The position numbers and the translations under genes were made by a program. From the sequence record DRR723986_15179: DNA of 62,185 bases. One strand, given 5' to 3'. Under the pieces are notes generated by a model, which did no database searches, was not told where the DNA came from, and saw only the letters and a program-made list of their open reading frames with translations. Shown one piece after another: positions 38,856 to 48,381 of the stretch. The first letter of the stretch is position 1, and every line of letters begins with the position of its first letter.

Positions 38856-39329
38856 CTATTCGTGATGATAGGGTTCATTTCGCAGGATTGTAAACCCACG
38901 ATACAATTGTTCGATAAAAAATGGACGGATCATTTGATGTGAAAAAGTCATCTTAGAAATGGAAAGTTTACCGTTGGCTCGGTTATAAACTGCTTCAGAA
39001 AAACCATAAGGGCCACCTATTACAAAAATCAATTGCTTCAGTCCACTATTCATTTTCTTTTGAAGAAACTCAGCGAAATCCATAGAGCTGTAGCTTTTGC
39101 CGCGCTCGTCCAATAGAATTACCTCGTCTGCGGGTATGATATTTTTCAGAATTAATTCGCCTTCTTTTTCCTTCTGGAGGCTTTCAGAAAGAGATTTACT
39201 GTTTTTAAGGTCAGGAATCACTTCAAATTCAAACTTGATATAAAAATTCAGACGCTTACTATACTCCTCGATCAAAGAGATGATTGCTTTGTTGTCAGTT
39301 TTGCCTATTGCGATAAGTTTTATTTGCAT
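38856..39329 (-). CDS. rlmH: 23S rRNA (pseudouridine1915-N3)-methyltransferase
   Basis: IKLIAIGK, LLDERGK, FVIGGPYGFS, MTFSHQMIR, EQLYRGFTILRNEPYHHE; start ATG 39329. Confidence 0.97.
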   Translation of the reverse strand: MQIKLIAIGKTDNKAIISLIEEYSKRLNFYIKFEFEVIPDLKNSKSLSESLQKEKEGELILKNIIPADEVILLDERGKSYSSMDFAEFLQKKMNSGLKQLIFVIGGPYGFSEAVYNRANGKLSISKMTFSHQMIRPFFIEQLYRGFTILRNEPYHHE

Positions 39330-39517
39330 TCCCAAATATGTGGAATTTCTATTTATGGTCCATTTGTGTAGCTGAAAGGTCTAAAATTGGGGTGTTTGAT
39401 ACTTATATGTTTTTATATTTCTTCATGAAACATAATTCTTAAAAAACTGAAAAACAATTGATTATAAGTAGTGTTATAGGGGTATTAAACCAATTTTAAA
39501 ATTAACACTTAACAACA

Positions 39518-40024
39518 ATGAAAAAATTAGGAATAGTAGTGATGCTAACAATGCTAGTAATAGCATCATCTTTTGCACCAAAAATGAATGCTGTCCATGA
39601 GACAAAAATTGAAGCAGATATTGTTGATTTAGCAATTTCTCAGGATTTCTTGAGTACGCTAGTAGCAGCTGTGAAAGCCGGTGATTTAGTGGATGTATTG
39701 AAAGGAGATGGTCCGTTCACAGTTTTTGCTCCAACAAATGATGCTTTTGCAAAGCTTCCTGCTGGTACAGTCGAAAACTTGTTAAAGCCAGAGAATAAAG
39801 CGCAATTGGTTAAAATCCTAACCTACCATGTAATACCTGGAAAAGTGATGTCTAAAGACTTGTCAAATGGTCAAATGGCAAAAACTGTACAGGGTAGCTC
39901 TGTGAAAGTTACAATTATGGATGGTAAAGTGATGATTGATAAAGCAACTGTAACAGCGGCTGATATCGAAGCGGACAATGGAGTAGTCCACGTGATCGAT
40001 ACGGTTATCATGCCATCTATGTAA
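39518..40024 (+). CDS. Fasciclin (FAS1) domain protein
   Basis: Signal peptide; [30 protein letters not shown]. Confidence 0.95.
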   Translation: MKKLGIVVMLTMLVIASSFAPKMNAVHETKIEADIVDLAISQDFLSTLVAAVKAGDLVDVLKGDGPFTVFAPTNDAFAKLPAGTVENLLKPENKAQLVKILTYHVIPGKVMSKDLSNGQMAKTVQGSSVKVTIMDGKVMIDKATVTAADIEADNGVVHVIDTVIMPSM

Positions 40025-40048
40025 CAGGTGATTATTTTAAGCCCCAAG

Positions 40049-40077
40049 AAGCCTATCCATTTGGATAGGTTTTTTTG
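40049..40077 (+). terminator. Intrinsic terminator after fasciclin gene
   Basis: GCCTATCCA-tt-TGGATAGGT followed by T run. Confidence 0.8.
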
Positions 40078-40173
40078 TTGAGGAAATTCCTAAATGTTGC
40101 ATTGCAGATTGCATGGATCGGTAATTATTGCGCTGCCTCTACATTAGTAAATTGAATGGCTAGCGTGTAAAAT

Positions 40174-40204
40174 GAAAAAGCCTCCCAATTTGGGAGGCTT
40201 TTTC
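40174..40204 (-). terminator. Intrinsic terminator after ycxB-like gene
   Basis: GAAAAAGCCTCCCA-att-TGGGAGGCTTTTTC. Confidence 0.8.
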
Positions 40205-40221
40205 TATGAGTTGGGGAGATC

Positions 40222-40698
40222 TTATTTGATCAGTTCTTTACGCTTCAGGATTGTTTCCATAAATTTTCGCTCATTGTCTGAATTAAAAATTCGAAAAGGC
40301 AGATGAATGAATTGCGCTTTGGACATGTAAAGGACGAAAGCATCTTTTCTGACTTCAGCATTTTTGATCATATTCCATTGAACGGGCATGCCTTGCTTAG
40401 TATTGATTTTCATCAGAATCTGACGGCTATCTATTTCGTATGCCATCTTATCAAATATTACTTTATTTTGCTCCATCTGGGTTACTCCAGTGAATTGAAT
40501 CGCCCAAAACAGTACATAAAGGCCATATGCGATCAATGCTCCGATGATCCACCAGATCGAAGGGATCCAAAAATAACCGCACATAATCACTAATGCTATT
40601 GGAATAACCCACCATTGTTCCTTCAAAACATTAACCAAAGCCATTTTGATATAGGTGCCAGTAGGGAGCTGATATTTTTTTGTTTTTACTATCATCAC
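40222..40698 (-). CDS. YcxB-like membrane protein
   Basis: Two N-terminal TM helices; C-terminal W..I......DAFVLY...QFIHLPFRIF pattern. Confidence 0.75.
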   Translation of the reverse strand: MMIVKTKKYQLPTGTYIKMALVNVLKEQWWVIPIALVIMCGYFWIPSIWWIIGALIAYGLYVLFWAIQFTGVTQMEQNKVIFDKMAYEIDSRQILMKINTKQGMPVQWNMIKNAEVRKDAFVLYMSKAQFIHLPFRIFNSDNERKFMETILKRKELIK

Positions 40699-40845
40699 TT
40701 TTCTTTTTCAGAGCGCAAATATCCACCTATCCAAGGGAATTAGCAAGTCCGCTTAAATCATAAAAAATATCTTTATGCGAAAACAAATCGGCACTACCAT
40801 TGATTTAAATCTTGTATTCAAGTATATTATCTGAAACTTTTAGCG

Positions 40846-41073
40846 ATGAGCAGTCTTGTAATCGATTTGATCCTTTGTGGTTTAGCTTATGTCATTTTGA
40901 TATATGTCATGGCGACTATGACTAAAAAATCTTTAAAAAAGGGTGGTAGGAGTGAAGATGATGGAGATGGCGGAGTCGAGGATTTCACACCACCTAAGAT
41001 AGATTTACCTCCTGGGGTTCAGTGGCCTAGTGATTCCCCGAAATCAAGAATTCCTGAACCAGTGGAATATTAA
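40846..41073 (+). CDS. Small single-pass membrane protein
   Basis: 75 aa; TM helix then DDGDGG and PKIDLPPGVQWP; 4-bp stop overlap with the Fur-family gene. Confidence 0.7.
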   Translation: MSSLVIDLILCGLAYVILIYVMATMTKKSLKKGGRSEDDGDGGVEDFTPPKIDLPPGVQWPSDSPKSRIPEPVEY

Positions 41074-41477
41074 TGACACTTGTTGCATACACCTTGAACC
41101 AATAAACTCATATCCTTCTTTTTAAAGCCTGCAGGTAGCTTGATACTCGGCAGGGAAATAGATTCCAGGCAGGTAGTTTCTCCACAAATTTCACATTTGA
41201 AATGGACGTGTTCGTGGTTATGATCTTCCTCTTCGTGGGAGCATAGCGCATATTTGGTAGCACCACTGTCATCAAGAACTTTATGCACTACGTCTTTGTC
41301 TACAAACGTTTTTAAAGTCCGATAGATCGTCACACGGTCAAACTGGCTATCCAATGATTCTTCTAAATCAGAATGGGCTAACGCGACTTGTTTGTCCAAG
41401 AACTCGCGGATTATTTCCTGCCGACAATCTGTTATGCGTAGTTTATGACTCTGAAGTATGGAAAGAGGTGAGGACAT
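41070..41477 (-). CDS. Fur family transcriptional regulator
   Basis: LRITDCR, DRVTIYRTL, HNHEHVHFKCEICG and C-terminal CNKC zinc sites. Confidence 0.93.
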   Translation of the reverse strand: MSSPLSILQSHKLRITDCRQEIIREFLDKQVALAHSDLEESLDSQFDRVTIYRTLKTFVDKDVVHKVLDDSGATKYALCSHEEEDHNHEHVHFKCEICGETTCLESISLPSIKLPAGFKKKDMSLLVQGVCNKCH

Positions 41478-41493
41478 GTTGATTCGTTTGACA

Positions 41494-41501
41494 CAAAATT
41501 A
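41494..41501 (-). promoter_or_regulatory. Bacteroidota -7 promoter element (TAATTTTG) for the Fur-family gene
   Basis: caaaatta on + strand, 16 nt upstream of ATG 41477. Confidence 0.55.
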
Positions 41502-41529
41502 ATCAAAAAATCATATCAAATGTTGAAAA

Positions 41530-41555
41530 TCCCGCAACGGCGCACTGAGGCAAAG
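41530..41555 (+). repeat. GC-rich extragenic motif, copy 3
   Basis: tcccgc-aac-ggcgc-act-gaggc-aaag. Confidence 0.5.
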
Positions 41556-41665
41556 TTTTTAGAAATTGGAATTAGTTCGCTAATTATTGCGAGTCAAATC
41601 CCAAGTTCTAGAGGGCGGTAAAAGCTGAGCCTTCGTAAGTAGTGAGATAGCGGTAGAAGTTTTAA

Positions 41666-41700
41666 TAAAAAAAAATGGGCACCAAAACTGGCGCCCATTT
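41666..41700 (-). terminator. Intrinsic terminator after metalloprotease gene
   Basis: AAATGGGCACCA-aaac-TGGCGCCCATTT preceded by an A run on the + strand. Confidence 0.75.
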
Positions 41701-41724
41701 AACTTTATTGCTTCTTCTTAAACC

Positions 41725-44250
41725 TTACTTCGGGTCAAGAATAGTATTTACTCTTTCTAAGGCATCTTCAAGATGCAGCTTAGACATTCTGTCAGAAGTT
41801 CTGGCAATCGCGGATCTGATATCTCTCTGTAGGATTTTCAATTCTCCTCTTGCCATCGGTCTGATGTCAGATTGAGATGCATTGATCTGTGGACCAACAA
41901 ATCTTCTGAATGAAGCTGGTACGGTAGGGCCGTCGGTAGTCATCAGATACTCCAAGCGCTCAATATAAGCTCTCTGTAGTGCTCTTCTGTGCACGTCGAT
42001 TGTTTTTCCTGAAGATAACTCGGTCCAGATGCCTTTTCTCAGGTCATCAAATAGCTCAGTCATCTTATACGCTTCATTACCATTCAATGCCTCGTTTTCG
42101 ATCACACGACCAAGTCTACCAAGGTCAAGTACTGAATTCAACGTACCAGCCTGTACTCCACGGATTCTTTCCAATGCTCCAAAATCTTCTGTCCTTGCAA
42201 AGATGTCATCCTGCATCATCCATTCTGGAGTGGTAAAAAGCTCTTTGTTCAAGAAAGCAACAGCTGACTTCTGAATTTCTTTTGAAGTGTGTGTATATAC
42301 TGGCAGGTCCTGTCCAACGGCTCTGTAAACTTCAGATACACCACCAATGTTGGTTTTCACATGACCCATATATCTGTTGAATTGAGTGATCACTTGACCA
42401 TACATTTCTTCCAGATCATCGAAATCTTTGTAAGGCTTATTTGGCTCTGAAGTCCAATCCATAAGGTTTGGCATGATTCTCTTCAGGTTGGCAATACCGT
42501 ATTCAGAAGCTTTCATAGAGTTGTCACCCAAATCTTCACTTTGTGCAGTTGGATCATAGCTATTTCCCTGACGCCCATATCTGTAAATAGGATCACCTTG
42601 TTTCTCCAGGATCCATTTATCCAGTGTCGCTAATTCATCTTCAGGCGTAGCAGCATCAGGAATAGGTCTATACCCCCAAGCCACTGCATATTTATCATAA
42701 GGTCCTACGTTTGGCATTAAGCTTACACCTTTGTCCCCTGGCTGTGCGATGTAGTTAAATCTCGCATAGTCCATGATTGATGGTGCGGTTCCCATTTCCT
42801 TTGTAAATGCAGCATCTCTTAGCTTCTCTACTGGATATGCATGAGAAGAGGCAAAGTTGTGAGGAAGACCAAGAGTATGCCCTACTTCGTGAGAAGAAAC
42901 AAACTGAACCAATCTGCCCATTACTTCATCCTTAAATTGTACACTCTGTGCATCAGGATTGATTGCTGCTGTTTGGATGAAGAACCAGTTTCTTAATAGG
43001 TTCATCACGTTGTGATACCATCCGATATCAGATTCTAAGATTTCACCTGATCTTGGATCAGACACGTGTGGTCCATAAGCATTCTGGATATCTGAAGCGA
43101 AATATCTGATAACAGAATATCTAGCATCTTCTGGGCTCCAATCAGGATCTTCTTCTTTTGTTGGTGCTAATTTGGCCACAATTGCATTTTTGAAACCTGC
43201 AGCTTCAAAAGCAACTTGCCAATCATTCACACCGGCAATTAAGTATGGGATCCACTGCTTAGGAGTAGCAGGATCGATGTAATAAACAATTTGCTTTTTA
43301 GGCTCTACTAATTCTCCGGCTTTAAATTTAGCCATATCCTCATCCTTTACTTCAAGTCTCCATCTGTCAAGGAAAGTACGGCTTTCAGCTTTTTGAGCAT
43401 CAGCTCCATAATCGACGATAGAACGGCTAAACCATCCTACACGCTGATCTCCCAATCGCTGCTTCATTGGTTCTTTTGGTAGAAGAAGCATAGAAGAGTT
43501 CATCTCCAATGTGATAGAACCTGTAGAGCTGTTTGAAGGTGGGTCATTAGCAAGGTAAGTCATTACATACCTCGCTTCAATATTGATAGGATAGGTATGG
43601 ATGTGTGCAATGTACGATCTATCTGTATCTAGTCGAGAGACTTTATATTGTGTACGCTCGCCTTTAGGTAAGCCTAATGCTTGCACATCTTTTGACCAAA
43701 GATCAGTAGCATCGATTACGATTCCAGTACTGTCTGTTCCAAGAGATTTGATAGCAAACTTCTGCAGGATTGGCTCCAGGTTAGAATTCTTAACAGCCAT
43801 CGCGATAGGAAGGGAATCGGCTGCATAATTGTTCACAGAAATAACCTTTAGATGAATATCGTTGTTGTACTTTTCCCAACGAAGCATGAGCGTATTGGTG
43901 CGCTCTCCGCCATATCCAATTCCATTTGCGGTTTTGGCAATGGTAGTGACCATCAACATGTCTCTTCCGAGTAAAGAATCAGGGATTTCGTAGAAGTATT
44001 TGTCCTCAATCTGATGAACCTTAAAAAGGCCATCCTTAGATTTGGCCTTCGCAGTAATTACCTCCTTATAAGGTTTTGGATCTGAATCATTACCTTTTGG
44101 TTTAGCCGGGGTTGCTGGTGCAGCTGTTTCTTTCTTAGCATCCTTTTTCTTCTTTTTCTGAGCAAAAGTATCCGTAGAATAAAACATCACACCCATTACA
44201 CCAAGGATTAATGGTAATCTCCTGAGTAATTTGGGTATCTTATTTCTCAT
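41725..44250 (-). CDS. Exported zinc-dependent metalloprotease (metzincin; DUF5118/DUF5117/DUF4953 architecture, EcxA-like)
   Basis: Signal peptide; YYIDPATP, DPRSGEILE, HEVGHTLGLPHN, Met-turn SIMDY. Confidence 0.9.
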   Translation of the reverse strand: MRNKIPKLLRRLPLILGVMGVMFYSTDTFAQKKKKKDAKKETAAPATPAKPKGNDSDPKPYKEVITAKAKSKDGLFKVHQIEDKYFYEIPDSLLGRDMLMVTTIAKTANGIGYGGERTNTLMLRWEKYNNDIHLKVISVNNYAADSLPIAMAVKNSNLEPILQKFAIKSLGTDSTGIVIDATDLWSKDVQALGLPKGERTQYKVSRLDTDRSYIAHIHTYPINIEARYVMTYLANDPPSNSSTGSITLEMNSSMLLLPKEPMKQRLGDQRVGWFSRSIVDYGADAQKAESRTFLDRWRLEVKDEDMAKFKAGELVEPKKQIVYYIDPATPKQWIPYLIAGVNDWQVAFEAAGFKNAIVAKLAPTKEEDPDWSPEDARYSVIRYFASDIQNAYGPHVSDPRSGEILESDIGWYHNVMNLLRNWFFIQTAAINPDAQSVQFKDEVMGRLVQFVSSHEVGHTLGLPHNFASSHAYPVEKLRDAAFTKEMGTAPSIMDYARFNYIAQPGDKGVSLMPNVGPYDKYAVAWGYRPIPDAATPEDELATLDKWILEKQGDPIYRYGRQGNSYDPTAQSEDLGDNSMKASEYGIANLKRIMPNLMDWTSEPNKPYKDFDDLEEMYGQVITQFNRYMGHVKTNIGGVSEVYRAVGQDLPVYTHTSKEIQKSAVAFLNKELFTTPEWMMQDDIFARTEDFGALERIRGVQAGTLNSVLDLGRLGRVIENEALNGNEAYKMTELFDDLRKGIWTELSSGKTIDVHRRALQRAYIERLEYLMTTDGPTVPASFRRFVGPQINASQSDIRPMARGELKILQRDIRSAIARTSDRMSKLHLEDALERVNTILDPK

Positions 44251-44357
44251 AGTTATTATTTGGTTAAGTATTTTCTAAACCGTGAATTTCTTGAAAGGAT
44301 CAGTACCTAGTACTCATTTTTGATGAACGGTTTATATGTAAAATTAAAGGCAGAACT

Positions 44358-45473
44358 GTGAACAATAAGTACAATACAGTGGTAATTGGAGGTGGACTGG
44401 CAGGTTTGACTTCATCGTATTTATTGGCCAAAGCTGGACATGATGTGCTTTTGGTCGAAAAAAAGCAGTATCCCTTTCATCGGGTATGTGGAGAATACCT
44501 CTCTAATGAAGTACGTGATTTTTTAGAAAGGGAGAGTCTTTTACCTGAGCAACGCGAGTTTCCGGCGATCACATCTTTTCTTTTTTCTGATACTGCTGGG
44601 AAAAGCGTAACCACTGCTTTATACTTAGGAGGATTTGGCGTTAGCCGCTATGTGTTAGATGATTATATCTATCATAAAGTTTTGGAACAAGGTGGGGCAG
44701 TACAAACTGGTGCACAAGTAGATTCTGTGATTTTTGATAAGAGCGAGAATTTATTCAGAATCGGCTTGGCCGATGGAACACAGCTAACAGCCTTTAATGT
44801 AATAGGAGCTTTTGGCAAGCGATCTAAACTGGACAAAACACTCAAACGAGCATTCATCGAAAAGAGGAGTCCTTATATAGGGGTTAAATATCACATAAAG
44901 ACTGATTTCGATAGAAGCACAGTTGCGCTTTATAATTTCAAAGGCGGGTATTGTGGACTGAATACCATAGAAGATGGCAAAGTTAACTTGTGCTATCTGG
45001 GAGATAGGGGGCAATTGCGGGAATACGGCTCAATTGAGGCAATGGAACGAGAAGTTTTGTGGAAAAACCCAGCGCTCAAGCCCTTTTTTACAGACAGTGA
45101 TTTCCTTTTCGATAAACCGGAAGTGATCAATGAAATCAATTTTGAGCGAAAGGAGCCTGTGGATAATCATGTACTCATGGCAGGCGATTCAGCTGGATTA
45201 ATCACTCCACTCTGCGGCAACGGCATGGCAATGGCTATCCATGCAGGGAAATTGGCAGCAGATGCAATTTTGAAAGGAAAATCCAGACAAGAAATTGAAG
45301 CTCAATATGAGCATTCTTGGAGATCACTGTTTGAGCGGAGACTCTGGCTAGGAAGGAAGGTTCAGCGCCTTTTCGGATCTAATCAAGCGTCAGTTTTGAC
45401 AAGAATGTTAATTCAGCATGTGCCTTTTATTTCAGATCAAATCATAAAAAATACGCACGGAAAACCTTTTTAA
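44358..45473 (+). CDS. FAD-dependent oxidoreductase (aromatic monooxygenase / geranylgeranyl-reductase-like)
   Basis: VIGGGLAG dinucleotide motif, HRVCGEYLS, AGDSAGLITPLCGNGMAMA; GTG start. Confidence 0.88.
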   Translation: MNNKYNTVVIGGGLAGLTSSYLLAKAGHDVLLVEKKQYPFHRVCGEYLSNEVRDFLERESLLPEQREFPAITSFLFSDTAGKSVTTALYLGGFGVSRYVLDDYIYHKVLEQGGAVQTGAQVDSVIFDKSENLFRIGLADGTQLTAFNVIGAFGKRSKLDKTLKRAFIEKRSPYIGVKYHIKTDFDRSTVALYNFKGGYCGLNTIEDGKVNLCYLGDRGQLREYGSIEAMEREVLWKNPALKPFFTDSDFLFDKPEVINEINFERKEPVDNHVLMAGDSAGLITPLCGNGMAMAIHAGKLAADAILKGKSRQEIEAQYEHSWRSLFERRLWLGRKVQRLFGSNQASVLTRMLIQHVPFISDQIIKNTHGKPF

Positions 45474-46366
45474 TAGCCCAGAGCTTGTATGATCTGCGTG
45501 TTTTCCAGAAAGTAATAAATGAAGAAAGCATTGAGTGCTAATGCCGAGAAATAATTCATCCCCATAGCCCAGTTATAATTAGCATACTTAGATGGATTCA
45601 CTCGGATGAAATTAAACCAAGTCAAAAAGTAAAGCATAATTGGGGTCATCGCAGCTAGATAAATCCAAAGAATGTTGAGTTGATTACGGTCAAAGAAAAA
45701 CCACGCGAACCCAGTGCCGGTCACCATAAATGCCATGGCTGAAAAAAGAAAAGTGCCTTTTATTCCCAACACCAAACTTAATGTTCGGTCGCCTCTCCGA
45801 GCATCTTCGCTATGTTGATAAACCTGTGTCAGCGGATAGTTTCCCCACAACATCAAGCTGGTTAACAGACCCGGGATCAGCACATGAGGTTTGTATAGGA
45901 CTTCCCAACTTAAATTGCTAAGTCCGGCATAAGCTGTGGCAAACGTGAAATATCCTTGGAAAAATCCAGCAATGAACCAACTGAGCCAAGGATACTTTTT
46001 GATCCGGATAGCCGGGTGAGAATAGGCCATACTCACCAAGCCATAAATCAAAATCATAAGTGCAACGCTGAGATTTATACTTGCACCTATCCCGATCGCA
46101 ATCAAGAAAAAGGTGAGTGAAAGCCAATAAAGGTCTTGGGTGACTTTTGGTGGATGCTTCAGTCCGCCGATACTTTCTTCGTCCTTATCAAAATAACTAT
46201 TGTAGCCGTTACTAGACGGATATAGAAAAAGATGAAGAGCAATAAACACCCAAAGAATTCTTGACTCATTATGGTTAGGAGTGAGTGCCAAAGCAAAGAA
46301 AAAGATGGACATCAAAAACAGTGAAAAGGGAATTCGAAGATGCTTAAGGCTAGAACTAGAGATCAT
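45470..46366 (-). CDS. UbiA family prenyltransferase
   Basis: Multi-TM; LRIPFS, NGYNSYFDKDE, YSHPAIRIK, QVYQHSEDARRGDRT. Confidence 0.88.
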   Translation of the reverse strand: MISSSSLKHLRIPFSLFLMSIFFFALALTPNHNESRILWVFIALHLFLYPSSNGYNSYFDKDEESIGGLKHPPKVTQDLYWLSLTFFLIAIGIGASINLSVALMILIYGLVSMAYSHPAIRIKKYPWLSWFIAGFFQGYFTFATAYAGLSNLSWEVLYKPHVLIPGLLTSLMLWGNYPLTQVYQHSEDARRGDRTLSLVLGIKGTFLFSAMAFMVTGTGFAWFFFDRNQLNILWIYLAAMTPIMLYFLTWFNFIRVNPSKYANYNWAMGMNYFSALALNAFFIYYFLENTQIIQALGY

Positions 46367-46569
46367 ATCGTAAATGAGGTTGAGCTAATAACTATTCCAG
46401 ATGGAGATAGTTACAATGCATTCAGCCAATTTAGATATATTCAATTAACTTGATCAGAAGAACTGAAAATTGGATGAATCAAATTTTCTAGGATTTATTT
46501 AATGAAAGAAGCGAAACCGACTAAATCTTTATACATGAAGGCAACCTCCACAAACCCAAACTTCTGTTT

Positions 46570-47646
46570 ATGAGGAGTGGAATCGTAAGTATAGGCCTGG
46601 CAAATCCAGGCGACCCTATTGATCAGTCGGTAATAGCCAGCTTTATGCAGAAGGCGCATCAACTGGACGAAGTTGAGTCAAGAAAATTGGGCTTTTTGTA
46701 TAGAAAGTCTGGAATTTCCAGTCGTTACAGTGTGCTGAATGATTTTGAGAAGTCAGACCCAAATGACTTTACTTTTTTCCCGAATTCAAAAGACTTTATA
46801 CCCTTCCCTGGCACAAAGGCAAGGATGGAAGTATTTCGTCAGACGGCTCCAGGTCTTTGTGAAGAGGCTGTGATTAATTGCCTTGCAAAATCTGAAATAA
46901 AAGCTCAAGATATCACTCATTTGATATTGGTTTCATGCACAGGAATGATGGCTCCCGGAGTTGAATTAGCCCTGATGAAAAGTCTTGATCTCGATGATGC
47001 CGTGGAGCGATACTGCGTACATTTCATGGGTTGCTATGCAGCATTTACAGGGTTGAAATTGGCAGACAAAATAGTGAAAGCAGAACCAGAAGCTAAGGTG
47101 CTGCTGGTTTGTGTGGAGCTATGCACCTTACATTTTCAGAAGGAATATGTGGAGGATAATATTCTGGCCAATTCCCTCTTTGGTGATGGTGCAGCTGCGG
47201 CTTTGGTCATGCGATCTGAGAAAGGATTAAAAATTAAATCTTACCTGAGTCAGGTGCTTCGCGAAGGCGAGGAAGATATGGCTTGGGGGATCGGGGATTT
47301 TGGTTTTGAGATGCGGCTCAGCAAGTATATTCCTACACTTCTGGATCAAGGCATTAGCCAATTGAAAGAGAAATTTGAGCAGAAATTCAAGTTATCCACA
47401 GTGGATAACTTTGCTATTCATCCAGGCGGGAAACAGATACTCCAGAAAGTTCAAGAAGCATTTGGTCTGGAAAAATCTGTCAATTCACATGCATTGGAAG
47501 TGCTCAAGCAATTTGGAAATATATCGTCAGTGACCATACTTTTTGTCTTAGCCCGAATGATGCATGATGATCAAATTCAAGGAGATATACTTTCTATGGG
47601 ATTTGGACCAGGGCTTACGTTGGAAACTTTACTGCTGGAAAAGTGA
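46570..47646 (+). CDS. Type III polyketide synthase (chalcone-synthase-like)
   Basis: Catalytic Cys (FMGCYAA), His (AIHPGG), Asn (FGNISS); VSCTG, ELCTLH, LFGDGAAA, GFGPGLT. Confidence 0.96.
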   Translation: MRSGIVSIGLANPGDPIDQSVIASFMQKAHQLDEVESRKLGFLYRKSGISSRYSVLNDFEKSDPNDFTFFPNSKDFIPFPGTKARMEVFRQTAPGLCEEAVINCLAKSEIKAQDITHLILVSCTGMMAPGVELALMKSLDLDDAVERYCVHFMGCYAAFTGLKLADKIVKAEPEAKVLLVCVELCTLHFQKEYVEDNILANSLFGDGAAAALVMRSEKGLKIKSYLSQVLREGEEDMAWGIGDFGFEMRLSKYIPTLLDQGISQLKEKFEQKFKLSTVDNFAIHPGGKQILQKVQEAFGLEKSVNSHALEVLKQFGNISSVTILFVLARMMHDDQIQGDILSMGFGPGLTLETLLLEK

Positions 47647-48350
47647 TGAGTAAATTTGCGCAGCGAAGCGAGGAGAAGGAATTGATGGACGACCTCAATT
47701 GCTCTGGCGAAGAACTTAATCAAACTTTGCGCGAGCTAAAAACCATCAATCGATGGCTGGGTGGAAATTATGTGACTACTTCTGGTATCGCAGAGATTTT
47801 TAGAAGTTATCCACAAGATAACTATTCAGTGGCAGACATTGGCTGCGGGGGCGGAGATATGATCAGAGTAATGAATGAATGGGTAAAAACCCAGAAAAAA
47901 GTGGTTACCTTTATCGGAATCGACGCAAACAGGAACATTATTGACCTAGCGAAGGTTAGACTACGTGACTTATCAGAAGTCACTTTTGAAGTTCAGAATG
48001 TTTTTCAAGAAGAATTTTCTGAAGAAAAAGTAGATATCTCTACGTGTACGCTCTTTACACATCATTTTACAGACAGCGAGTTAGTTACATTGCTGAACTC
48101 TCTTCGAGCAAAATCCCGATTAGGAATAGTCATTAACGATTTGCACAGGCATCCACTTGCTTATTATAGCATTAAGTGGTTGACTCGGGTATTTAGCAAA
48201 TCAAAAATGGTTCAGCATGACGCCTGTTTATCTGTTTTAAGGAGCTTTTCGAGATCAGATTGGGAAAGAATTTTGCACACTGCACAAATAAAAAATTTTG
48301 AAATAAGCTGGCATTGGGCTTTTCGCTGGCAAGTGAATATTATATTTTAG
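47643..48350 (+). CDS. Class I SAM-dependent methyltransferase (PKS-associated)
   Basis: RSEEKELMDD, INRWLGG, ADIGCGGG, LFTHHF, INDLHR, HDACLSVLRSF; translationally coupled to the PKS. Confidence 0.9.
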   Translation: MMSKFAQRSEEKELMDDLNCSGEELNQTLRELKTINRWLGGNYVTTSGIAEIFRSYPQDNYSVADIGCGGGDMIRVMNEWVKTQKKVVTFIGIDANRNIIDLAKVRLRDLSEVTFEVQNVFQEEFSEEKVDISTCTLFTHHFTDSELVTLLNSLRAKSRLGIVINDLHRHPLAYYSIKWLTRVFSKSKMVQHDACLSVLRSFSRSDWERILHTAQIKNFEISWHWAFRWQVNIIF

Positions 48351-48381
48351 TAACAAATCAAACCAACCAAAAGTAAGTAAC

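Noticed and set aside
44358-45473. Flavin-dependent halogenase pairing with the nearby deiodinase
   Set aside because: No WxWxIP halogenase motif (the equivalent region reads GYCGLN); better fits a monooxygenase/reductase
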